Part shown: in pieces, positions 1 to 8,063 of the stretch
Layout: the number at the start of each line of letters is the position of its first letter
How positions within the stretch are numbered: position 1 is the stretch's first letter
DNA from: Faecalibaculum rodentium
GTDB lineage: Bacteria; Bacillota_I; Bacilli_A; Erysipelotrichales; Erysipelotrichaceae
Direction of reading: 5' to 3'
DNA length: 32,000 nt
NCBI RefSeq assembly: GCF_001564455.1
Contig: NZ_CP011391.1
Location: 2,490,001-2,522,000 of the forward strand
Program-made: the position numbers and the translations under genes
Notes under the pieces: model-generated
Seen by the model: only the letters and a program-made list of their open reading frames with translations
Told to the model about the DNA's origin: nothing
Databases searched by the model: none

Positions 1-170
1 CCGGCTATACAGTGCAGCAATGTAGATTTCCCGGAGCCGCTTCGCCCGATGATTGTGACAAACTCCCCAGGCTCAACTTTAAAAGAACAACCCTGCAAAG
101 CATTGACAGGCGTCGTTTTCATGTTCCAGGTCTTGTGGATATCACAGATTTTTACGGCATATTCTTCCAT
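1..170 (-). CDS. ABC transporter ATP-binding protein, N-terminal fragment running off the left edge (BceA/MacB-like)
   Basis: Not in the ORF track because it is open at the window edge. Minus-strand ATG at 170 is preceded by GGAGGT. My translation is MEEYAVKICDIHKTWNMKTTPVNALQGCSFKVEPGEFVTIIGRSGSGKSTLLHCIAG, which contains Walker A GRSGSGKST. The start overlaps the kinase stop by 19 nt. Confidence 0.7.
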   Translation of the reverse strand, partial: MEEYAVKICDIHKTWNMKTTPVNALQGCSFKVEPGEFVTIIGRSGSGKSTLLHCIA

Positions 171-1207
171 GGTTTTACCTCCGAATTCATTGAATCAAAG
201 GACTCTTTCATAAACATTGCAGTATCGGATTCCCATGGATGCACAGGCAAGAACAATCGCGCATTAAATCGGCCATCTTCCAGCGTAAGTGACAAATCCC
301 CTCCGTGAAGTCTGGCTGCAGTTCTTGCCAGATCCAGTCCTATACCATAGTGACTGTCATCTGACGTTTCATATCGATTCATGGAGGGAAGAATCCCACT
401 TTTTGTTTCATTGCTCACTGTTAACTCCAGACCTGTCTCTTGCTCAACAAGAGCTATCTGCACCTGCTGGCAATTCCTGCAGGCGTTGACCAGAAGAGTT
501 TCCACTCCTTCCCTCAGAATCCGGGAATCCCCATACAGCCATCCAGGATCAAGCTTTGTCACAATCCGGACTTTATACCCATCAAGTGAAGGCAGTATGT
601 CCTGTTCCAGCACTTCCTTCAGTGAAAAGAGCTTCATATCCAGAAGGCGATTATTGTAATGAATTCGGGAAGACTGTATAAATTTGTCCAGCTGTGAATC
701 CATCAGTGCAAAAGATTCTTCAGCCGGTTCATACAAACCTTCGAGTTCCAGTCGCAGTGACAGACTGTTCAAAGATGATTTGAGCTGATGAGCAAAATTT
801 TCCTACTCCTCCCTGCGAACCTTCATATCTCTGTCCTGTGCTCGAAGCAGTCCTTCCAGCTCCGTTACACGTTTCTGAAGAGCAGTATATTCGTGATGCC
901 AATCCATCTTCTTCTTACGCTGTTGCCTGCAGCTGACTGCTGCAGATATCAGACCTGTCAGCAGAATAACTTCAGTTATCACAAAACGGCCGTCAAACAG
1001 GGAACTCACAGTTCTCCAGAAAGCATAATCCCCATATCCCTGTTGTATTGCAGATATCCGGATGGAAGAATCCAGATGAAAAAGCGCCTGAACCGGATCC
1101 GGTGCCATGGCTGTCAAATACAGCCGGCTGCCAATCCCATAAACCCAAAAGAAAAAGCTCAATATAAGAACCACAACCCAGAGTGTCATAAGGATATGTC
1201 GTTTCAT
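152..1207 (-). pseudogene. BceS-like intramembrane-sensing histidine kinase, interrupted by an in-frame TAG at 803..805
   Basis: ORFs 803..1207 (two TM helices, short loop, coiled linker) and 152..772 (HATPase_c: GIGLDLARTAARLHGG) are in the same frame. Between them I read REE-TAG-ENFAHQLKSSLNSLSL, so the H-box His (codon 790..788) lies just after the stop. The track start at 772 is a TTG, not an ATG. Confidence 0.75.
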
Positions 1208-1845
1208 CGTTCCTCCAGACGATACCCGGTATTTTTCCTTCCGATGATATTCAGATCAAAAGGTTCCAGTTTCTTTTTCAGTGTGGACAGACGGGAACTG
1301 AAGGTTTCCGGAGAAATGTCGCGTCCTGTGGTCTGCCGGACAGCGCGCATCAAAGTCTCGGCCTGACAGGGATGCAGAATCAGCTGCCGGAGGATGGCGG
1401 TTTCGGTTCCTGAAAGATCAAGCTGCAGACTGTCTTTTTTCAGACAATGCGTATCTGGATACAGGACTGTTTCTCCCAGATGCAGGGCAGATCTGTACCC
1501 GCTTCTGTGAAGCAGGGCCTCTACTTTTTTCCTGAGGACCGCCAGTCTGACGGGCTTGACGATATAGTCATCACAGCCGGATTCAAAAGCCTCCAGCATG
1601 GTGGTCTCCATTCCATCACTGGAAAGAAACAGAATCGGGACATTGCTGACAATCCTGGCGGCTCTGGCAATATCCAGTCCGCTGCCATCTGGAAGTCTCA
1701 CGTCCAGAAGCAGAAGATCCCATCCCTTCTCACACTCTGCCAGTCCCTGTCTGCAGGTACAGCAGATTTGGCACTCCTCCGGATTCAGGGCTTCCCGAAT
1801 CACAGAAGCCAGTTCTCTGTTGTCCTCCACAATGCAAATTCTCAT
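1204..1845 (-). CDS. OmpR-family response regulator (BceR-like)
   Basis: 213 aa. Receiver domain has DD..D (LLLLDVRLPDGSG) and K (YIVKP), followed by a C-terminal winged-helix (GYRLEER). ATG at 1845 follows AAGGAGA. ATGA overlap with the kinase start at 1204..1207. Confidence 0.9.
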   Translation of the reverse strand: MRICIVEDNRELASVIREALNPEECQICCTCRQGLAECEKGWDLLLLDVRLPDGSGLDIARAARIVSNVPILFLSSDGMETTMLEAFESGCDDYIVKPVRLAVLRKKVEALLHRSGYRSALHLGETVLYPDTHCLKKDSLQLDLSGTETAILRQLILHPCQAETLMRAVRQTTGRDISPETFSSRLSTLKKKLEPFDLNIIGRKNTGYRLEER

Positions 1846-1865
1846 AATTCTTATCTCCTTAACTC

Positions 1866-1894
1866 ATCATAAAATACAGTGGTGATTCTTCCAA
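1866..1894 (-). promoter_or_regulatory. Putative sigma-A promoter of the RR/HK/ABC operon
   Basis: Minus strand reads TTGGAA (1894..1889), a 17-nt spacer, then TATGAT (1871..1866), just upstream of the RBS and ATG at 1845. Confidence 0.4.
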
Positions 1895-2028
1895 CTATCC
1901 TTTAAGTTTTCCGGAATATCTCCCGGATTTTTTCATTTTCCCATTCTTCATTTTCGCAAATCTGCCTTTCAGAAAAATTGCAGACCAGGATTTCCGCCTG
2001 TATGACGGAAGAATATCCCAATCATATG

Positions 2029-2054
2029 AAAAAACCGCCAGATTTCCGACGGTT
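2029..2054 (-). terminator. Rho-independent terminator after the Fe-ADH gene
   Basis: Minus strand reads AACCGUCGG-AAAU-CUGGCGGUU (7 to 9 bp stem including G-U pairs, tetraloop) followed by UUUUUU. It lies about 45 nt downstream of the ADH stop. Confidence 0.55.
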
Positions 2055-2098
2055 CAAGTGCATATATTAATATTTTTAATCCGATAAAATGATGCCTT

Positions 2099-3241
2099 TC
2101 AGGCTGGTATAAGTGTTTTGTAGATATCCTCTGCATCCTTTTCCTCTGCCAGCCGCGGATTTGCCTGTACATTGCCGGACATCAGACCATCACGGACGAG
2201 TACTGGAAGATCCTCTTCTCTGATTTCCCATTTCATTTCAATTCCCAGAAGACGGTTGAGTTCTTCGATCCAGTCCGCCAGATCTGTCTGCTCTTTCACT
2301 CCCAGCAGATCAGCTGCCTGACGGTATTTCTCTCCTGCTGCTTCCTGATTGAACCGGATCACCGCAGGCAGCAGCAGGGCGTTGGCTGTTCCGTGGGAAA
2401 TCCCGTAATGAGCCGACAGCGGATGACTCAGCGCATGTACCAGACCCAGGCGGGAAAGGGAGAAGGCGCAGCCGGCCAGAAAGGATCCTTCCAGCATTTC
2501 CTGTGCAGCTTCGGCATCCCCTGTCCGGACAAACTTCACCAGGCTGTGACCGATTTTCTCCAGAGCCTGTGCCGCAAACCCGTCAGAGAGAAAACTGCCA
2601 TATCGGGAAACATAAGCCTCCAGGGCGTGAATGAGTGCATCCATCCCTGTTGCCGCAGCCAGTCCAGCTGGAACGCCGCTGAGCAGGTCAGGATCCAGCA
2701 CCACCATTTCCGGAATCAGGAAGGGAGAGGATACTGTCATCTTCACCTGCCGCTGGTCGTCGCTGATCACCGCAAAAGGAGTCACTTCACTGCCGGTCCC
2801 CGCTGTGGCCGGCACTGCCATCAGGGTCATCTCCAAAGGGGAAATCTTCCTGGCTTCGGCTCCTTCATAATCCTGAAGACGGCCTCCGTCACCAATCAGA
2901 ACCGCAGCAGCTTTGGCGGCATCCATCACCGATCCGCCTCCCACAGCAATCAGACCATCACAGGCATTCTTTTCATACATGGTCCTGATCTTCTCCACTG
3001 TCTCAATGGAAGGATCGGATTCCGTTTCATGGAACACCGCATACCCGATTCCTGCTTCTTCCAGGCTTTCCAGCACTGGCGCAATGATTCCCGCCCGGAA
3101 CAGATGGGGTCCCGTGACAACCAGGGGATGTTTCATGACCCCCTGAACCAGGCCTCCGGTTTCCTTCATGGACCCCGGTCCCGTCACCACGGTTTCCGGC
3201 ACATGCCAGGAAAATGTCTTGATATCTCCGTCTCTGCTCAC
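2099..3241 (-). CDS. Iron-containing (group III) alcohol dehydrogenase
   Basis: 380 aa. Fe-ADH signatures are GGGSVMDAAK, the PATAGTGSE nucleotide loop, and metal-ligand His motifs (DALIHALEAY, HALSHPL..HG). GTG start at 3241 is preceded by CAGGGGGT. GTGA overlap with the upstream gene's stop. Confidence 0.9.
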   Translation of the reverse strand: MSRDGDIKTFSWHVPETVVTGPGSMKETGGLVQGVMKHPLVVTGPHLFRAGIIAPVLESLEEAGIGYAVFHETESDPSIETVEKIRTMYEKNACDGLIAVGGGSVMDAAKAAAVLIGDGGRLQDYEGAEARKISPLEMTLMAVPATAGTGSEVTPFAVISDDQRQVKMTVSSPFLIPEMVVLDPDLLSGVPAGLAAATGMDALIHALEAYVSRYGSFLSDGFAAQALEKIGHSLVKFVRTGDAEAAQEMLEGSFLAGCAFSLSRLGLVHALSHPLSAHYGISHGTANALLLPAVIRFNQEAAGEKYRQAADLLGVKEQTDLADWIEELNRLLGIEMKWEIREEDLPVLVRDGLMSGNVQANPRLAEEKDAEDIYKTLIPA

Positions 3242-3873
3242 TCAATGAACCCCCTGATTTTCAGGGCAGCCAGGATCAGCTGCACACTGCCTTCGATGCC
3301 CATGCGTGCACTGTTGATTGTCAAGTCGTAGGCAACAGGATCTGTCCAGGACTTTCCGCCGGTATAGAAACTGTAGTACTCCGCCCGGTACCGATCCGTT
3401 TTCTCGATCGTTGCCTCCGCCACTTCCCGGCTCACCGGCATGTTGTCCATCGTCCGCCGTATGCAGTAATCCCTCGGCGCTTCGATGTAGACAGACAGCA
3501 CGTTGTCCCGGTGACGGAGGATGTCATTGGCGCATTTGCCCACGATGCAGCAGGACTCTGTCTCGTTGAGGTTCTCAATGATTTCCTTCTGGTATTCAAA
3601 GAGTTTCTCGTCTCCGGAAAAAGGTTCTTCCCGGGAGATGTATTTCCGGCTGCGGGGCAGTCCCGCCAGAAAGGCGGAGAAACCGCTGTGCTGGCGGATT
3701 TTTTCATCCACCTCCACAAACAGTTCCTGGTCCAGACCCGACAGCTGACTGGCCAGGGTCAGGATCCGGTTTTCGTAACAGTGGATCCCCAGCTCTCTGG
3801 CAACCCGGGAAGCGATTTCCTTGCCGCCGGTCCCGAATCCCCGGGCGAACGTGATGGTGAACGGCCCTGTCAT
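3238..3873 (-). CDS. Cytidylate kinase-like family protein (Cytidylate_kin2-type, function unknown)
   Basis: 211 aa. The N-terminal ITFARGFGTGGKEIASRVARELG is a degenerate P-loop typical of this family. ATGA overlap with the ABC ATPase stop. Confidence 0.75.
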   Translation of the reverse strand: MTGPFTITFARGFGTGGKEIASRVARELGIHCYENRILTLASQLSGLDQELFVEVDEKIRQHSGFSAFLAGLPRSRKYISREEPFSGDEKLFEYQKEIIENLNETESCCIVGKCANDILRHRDNVLSVYIEAPRDYCIRRTMDNMPVSREVAEATIEKTDRYRAEYYSFYTGGKSWTDPVAYDLTINSARMGIEGSVQLILAALKIRGFIE

Positions 3874-4619
3874 GACTGCTGCTCCCGGTACCGGGACAGA
3901 AACTCCCGGGCTCTTTCTGTAGCAGGGGCCGTGAAGAAGGATTCCGGATCGGTATCCTCCGCCACATAACCCTGATCCATGAAGATGATCCGGCTCGCCA
4001 CATCCCGGGCAAAGGCCATTTCATGGGTGACAATGATCATCGTCAGACCGGATTTTGCCAGATCCTTCATGACCGTCAGGACCCCCTGCACCATCTCCGG
4101 ATCCAGCGCTGAAGTCGGCTCATCGAAGAGCAGGATCTCCGGCTCCATGCACAGTCCCCTGGCAATGGCCACCCGCTGCTTCTGGCCACCGGAAAGCTGC
4201 GCCGGTTTCGCATGGATGTAGGGCGCCATGCCCACAGCTTTGAGCTGTTCGATCGCCCTCTTTTTTGCCTCCTCTTTGCTGAGATTCAGGACATTCCTGG
4301 TCCCGGACATGCAGTTGTCCAGAACTGTCATGTTGTTGAACAGATTGAAGGACTGAAACACCATTCCCACCTGGGAGCGGTAGTCAGACAAGGCACGGGC
4401 GTGTTTCTGTACCGGATTGCCGTGGAACCGGATCTCGCCGGAAGTCGGTGTCTCCAGGTGATTGATGCACCGCAAAAGAGTGGACTTGCCGGAACCAGAG
4501 GAACCCAGCACGCAGATCACCTCCCCCGGGGCCACATCCAGGTCGATCTTTTTCAGCACCTCATGGCTTCCGAAACTCTTGGAGAGGTCCTTGACAATCA
4601 ATACTGCCGCTTTTTTCAT
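3870..4619 (-). CDS. Polar amino-acid ABC transporter ATP-binding protein
   Basis: Walker A GSSGSGKST, signature LSGGQKQRVAIARG and Walker B ILLFDEPTSALD are present. I moved the start to ATG 4619 (MKKAAVLIVKDL), which has an AGGAGA RBS and lies 13 nt after the permease stop. The track start at 4670 overlaps the permease. Confidence 0.9.
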   Translation of the reverse strand: MKKAAVLIVKDLSKSFGSHEVLKKIDLDVAPGEVICVLGSSGSGKSTLLRCINHLETPTSGEIRFHGNPVQKHARALSDYRSQVGMVFQSFNLFNNMTVLDNCMSGTRNVLNLSKEEAKKRAIEQLKAVGMAPYIHAKPAQLSGGQKQRVAIARGLCMEPEILLFDEPTSALDPEMVQGVLTVMKDLAKSGLTMIIVTHEMAFARDVASRIIFMDQGYVAEDTDPESFFTAPATERAREFLSRYREQQS

Positions 4620-4632
4620 ACCGTTCTCCTTT

Positions 4633-5385
4633 CTATTCCCCGTCGGACATATATTCCACAGCCAGGGCATAATCCGCCTTGCCCTTCATCTTTTTCTCCA
4701 GCAGCAGGAACAGCCGGTTGAACACAAAACACAGGACAAAGTAGATCAGGGCAATGCACAGGTAGGCTTCAAAGTATTTGTAGTACACCGCACCGGTGGT
4801 TTTGGCCACCATGAACAGCTCCGTCACGCCGATGACATTCAGTACAGACGTCATTTTCAGGTTTGTCAGGAACATATTCGCCATTTCCGGGATGATGTTC
4901 CGCAAAGCCTGGGGAAGAATGACCTTCACCATGATTTTCATCGTCGTCATCCCCAGCGCCAGGCCGCCTTCCCGCTGACCAGGATCCACGGAGTTGATTC
5001 CTGCCCGGACGGTTTCCGACATATAGGCGCCGGTGTTGAGCACCGTGACCAGAATCGCCGCAGGCACCGGGGTGATCTCAATCCCTGCCGAGCGCAGGCC
5101 ATAGTAGATGACCATGGCCTGCACGATCATGGGAGTATCCCGGAATATCTCGATGTAGATGTCCCCGATCCATTTCAAGATCCATACCGGCAGCCGCCGG
5201 TACCAGGGATCGTGGGGACTGACCTGCAGATCGCTGAGCACACCCAGCACAAACCCGAGAACAAACCCGATGATGGTTCCCGCGATGGCGATGTACAACG
5301 TGACCAGCGTCCCCTGCCAGAACATTTCTCCGTATTCCTGGAACAGGAACACCATCCATTCAAACAAGTTTGTGGGCTGTGCCAT
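4633..5385 (-). CDS. Amino-acid ABC transporter permease (His/Glu/Gln/Arg/opine family)
   Basis: 250 aa and multi-TM. The EAA-loop region reads AYMSETVRAGINSVDPGQREGGLALGM. ATG at 5385 follows CAGGAGGT. Confidence 0.9.
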   Translation of the reverse strand: MAQPTNLFEWMVFLFQEYGEMFWQGTLVTLYIAIAGTIIGFVLGFVLGVLSDLQVSPHDPWYRRLPVWILKWIGDIYIEIFRDTPMIVQAMVIYYGLRSAGIEITPVPAAILVTVLNTGAYMSETVRAGINSVDPGQREGGLALGMTTMKIMVKVILPQALRNIIPEMANMFLTNLKMTSVLNVIGVTELFMVAKTTGAVYYKYFEAYLCIALIYFVLCFVFNRLFLLLEKKMKGKADYALAVEYMSDGE

Positions 5386-5567
5386 GATTACCTCCTGTAT
5401 CTCTTACGTACTCTGTCTTTCTTCATTCCCGAAGGAGTCCCTCAGCCTTCATCTAACGAAGCTTCTACTCATCACCCCGCCCAGACTCCATACCGCGACA
5501 GCCACCACATCCGCATCACCCGGCAGACTGTGACTAAACCCTGTGCCGGCGCCTTCGATACGCGGCT

Positions 5568-6458
5568 TCAGCCGCTAATCGAAGTGGCCGGCACATCCTT
5601 GAAGGACTCATCCATCAGCTTGTCCATGTCTTCCTTTGATGTGAGGCCGATCTTTTTCAGACTCTCTTCCATTTTCTTCAGTGTCTCTTCATCCCCCTTG
5701 CGTACCGCAATGCAGATGTTGGTCATTTCCTCGTCGTTCTTGAACTTGTCGTTTTCATCCAGCGTCACGATTGCCAAATCCGGGTTGGTAGCCAGTGCAG
5801 CCCTGGCTGTGGGCTCATCCACCACGACTACATCAGCCACACCGTTGTTGACTGCCATGAAGCACTCGGAAGTGGTTTCATAGTTGGCACCCAGAGTCGC
5901 GTCGGGGATCTGATCCAGCAGATCGACCCATCCGGTACCCAGCTGCGTGGTCACCGTGACATTCTTGCCAGCCAGATCCGAAAGTCCTTTCACGTCCTCC
6001 AGACCGGATCCCTTCTTCACCACCAGACAGTTGGTGCGATAGTAGTAGGGATCGGTGAAGTCGTAGCTCTGTTCCCGCTTCGCCGTGCGGCCCATACCGG
6101 AAATGATCACATCGTAGTCACCGGCATCCAGGCCCTGGGTAATGGAAGCCCATTCGGATTTGTGAACCTCCAGGTCCATGTCCAGTGCCTTGGCCATTTC
6201 CTGCGCCACAGCCACGTCATAGCCATAGGCATACTGACTGGTACCGTAAATCGGTGTTGCCTCCTTGCCCGTCGTTGTGGTCTCTTCTGTCTGCGTCCAG
6301 TTGAAGGGCGGATAGGCACATTCCACGCCAACCTTCAGCACTTCCTTGCCGGAATCGGCTTTCTTCTCTTCACCGCCGGAGGAACCGCATCCTGCCAGGA
6401 TCATCATGCCTGCCGCTGCTGCCATCATCATTTTTCTGAATTTCATACCTGATTTCAT
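5568..6458 (-). CDS. Amino-acid ABC transporter substrate-binding lipoprotein (family 3 SBP)
   Basis: 296 aa. Signal peptide with lipobox MMILAGC, then a G/S/E linker and a type-3 SBP fold sequence (DVIISGMGRTAKRE, DPYY). Confidence 0.9.
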   Translation of the reverse strand: MKSGMKFRKMMMAAAAGMMILAGCGSSGGEEKKADSGKEVLKVGVECAYPPFNWTQTEETTTTGKEATPIYGTSQYAYGYDVAVAQEMAKALDMDLEVHKSEWASITQGLDAGDYDVIISGMGRTAKREQSYDFTDPYYYRTNCLVVKKGSGLEDVKGLSDLAGKNVTVTTQLGTGWVDLLDQIPDATLGANYETTSECFMAVNNGVADVVVVDEPTARAALATNPDLAIVTLDENDKFKNDEEMTNICIAVRKGDEETLKKMEESLKKIGLTSKEDMDKLMDESFKDVPATSISG

Positions 6459-6543
6459 GTCTCTTTCCTTCTTTCCCCGCTTTATGTTCCGCGGTATTGT
6501 GTCCCGGATTTCTGTTATCCAGCTTTATGTTCTTCCAGCCGTC

Positions 6544-7773
6544 TCAGGCAGCCTGTTCCCTGTCAATATCTTCCAGTGCATCCCGCATAATGGCCACAGC
6601 CTTGTCCACATCTTCCTTTGTGATGATCAGCGGCGGCACCAGGCGGATCACCGACTTGCCGATGGCTGTCGTCAGCAGATGTTTGTCAACACACCTGTGT
6701 TTCAGATCCACGGCATCAATGAAGTCATCGAATTCCACACCAACCAGAAGTCCCTGTCCGCGGACATCCTTCACATGGGGAAGCGTGGCAAGCTGTTCCA
6801 TCAGGTATGCACCCATCTCTGCTGCATTTTCATCCAGTTTCCGGTCCTGCAGTTCTTCAATTTCAGCCAGAGCTGCAGCGCATGATACCGGATGCCCGCC
6901 AAAGGTCGTGCCGTGACTGCCTGGAGTGAACGCTTTTGCGATTTCCTCAGTCGTCACGATCGCACCTATGGGCATCCCTCCGCCCAGGGCCTTGGCCATG
7001 GACACGATATCCGGCTGAATGCCGTAATTCATATAGCTCATCGGCTTCCCGGTTCGCATCCATCCGGTCTGCACTTCATCCAGCAGAAGGAGGATGCCTT
7101 TTTCTTTCGTGAATTCCCGCAGCCCCTGCAGAAACTCCTTCGTGGCGGGGTGAACACCGCCTTCACCCTGCACAGGCTCCACCATGATGGCAATCGTGTC
7201 GTCATCCACTGCATTCTTGAAGGACTCCAGGTCGTTGTAGTCTGCATAGACAAATCCATCCGTCATGGGACCAAACCCGATCTGGCAGCCATTGTCCGGC
7301 TGTCCTGTGGCAGACATGGATCCGAAGGTCCGTCCATGGAATCCCATCTTAGCGGTCACGATTTTATACTTCTTCGGTCCATAGTGTTCGATGCCGTATT
7401 TGCGGGCCATCTTGATCATGGCCTCATTGGCTTCCGTCCCGGAGTTCTGGTAGAAAATCTTGTCAAATCCGGTAATGGTGCAGACCTTTTCTGCCAGCAG
7501 CGCCTGGGGAATCGTGTAGGGATAGTTGAAGGTATGCATCAGCTGACCTGCCTGTTCCTGGACGGCCCTGACCACCTTGTCGTTACAGGATCCGGCGGAA
7601 TTCACTGCGATCCCTGCATAGAAATCGAGATAAGGTGTCCCTTTCTCATCGTAGATGTACTGGTCCTTCGCGGTTTCAGCCAGCAGATCGAACCGTTCAT
7701 AGGTTTCAATCATGTACTTTGACGCGAGGTCCCGGATCTCCTGTGCTGTGTGTCCGGTCTCCTGAAGTTTCAT
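6544..7773 (-). CDS. Class-III (omega/acetylornithine-type) PLP aminotransferase
   Basis: Motifs are SGTEANEAMIKMARKY, DEVQTGWMRTGK, the PLP-lysine context DIVSMAKALGGG, and THGTTFGGHP-like SHGTTFGGHP. Start moved to ATG 7773 (MKLQETGH), preceded by GGAAGGAGAA. The track start at 7881 runs into the promoter and leader. Confidence 0.9.
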   Translation of the reverse strand: MKLQETGHTAQEIRDLASKYMIETYERFDLLAETAKDQYIYDEKGTPYLDFYAGIAVNSAGSCNDKVVRAVQEQAGQLMHTFNYPYTIPQALLAEKVCTITGFDKIFYQNSGTEANEAMIKMARKYGIEHYGPKKYKIVTAKMGFHGRTFGSMSATGQPDNGCQIGFGPMTDGFVYADYNDLESFKNAVDDDTIAIMVEPVQGEGGVHPATKEFLQGLREFTKEKGILLLLDEVQTGWMRTGKPMSYMNYGIQPDIVSMAKALGGGMPIGAIVTTEEIAKAFTPGSHGTTFGGHPVSCAAALAEIEELQDRKLDENAAEMGAYLMEQLATLPHVKDVRGQGLLVGVEFDDFIDAVDLKHRCVDKHLLTTAIGKSVIRLVPPLIITKEDVDKAVAIMRDALEDIDREQAA

Positions 7774-7788
7774 GGGAATTCTCCTTCC

Positions 7789-7863
7789 AAATACAGCCTC
7801 CGAACGCGAAAAGGCGTCAGGAAGTTCACTTCTCTGACGCCTTTGCCATGTCGTTCTGTATTT
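7789..7863 (-). promoter_or_regulatory. Structured 5' leader (nested stem-loops, terminator-like core) of the aminotransferase operon
   Basis: The inner perfect 11-bp stem AAAGGCGUCAG / CUGACGCCUUU (7844..7834 and 7820..7810) has a 13-nt loop and is followed by UUCGCGUU. The outer 8-bp pairing AAAUACAG / CUGUAUUU (7863..7856 and 7796..7789) abuts the SD. Confidence 0.4.
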
Positions 7864-7871
7864 ATGAGCCG

Positions 7872-7900
7872 ATTCTAGCATTCGATTCTTCCACTGTCAA
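7872..7900 (-). promoter_or_regulatory. Sigma-A type promoter of the aminotransferase/ABC/ADH operon
   Basis: Minus strand reads TTGACA (7900..7895), a 17-nt spacer, then TAGAAT (7877..7872). Confidence 0.55.
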
Positions 7901-8063
7901 AGAAATTTCCATATTTTTTCAGAAAATACTGAAAATTATTGACATCCGGGAGTGAAACCGTTTTCAAGAATCAGGCAGATTTTCTGCCGGATCCTCTTTT
8001 CGCTAACGGCATTGCTTGAAAAAAGGGCCTGTGCCCTTTTCTTCTGTATTCGCAGGTACGCGG

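Noticed and set aside
5386-5567. 182-bp gap inside the ABC operon, with a tiny Trp-rich ORF (MMRMWWLSRYGVWAG on the minus strand) and a CCGGCA/TGCCGG stem
   Set aside because: The mini-ORF has no SD, the stem is short with a large loop and no U-tract, and nothing supports a leader-peptide attenuator. It is recorded only as an unexplained spacer.
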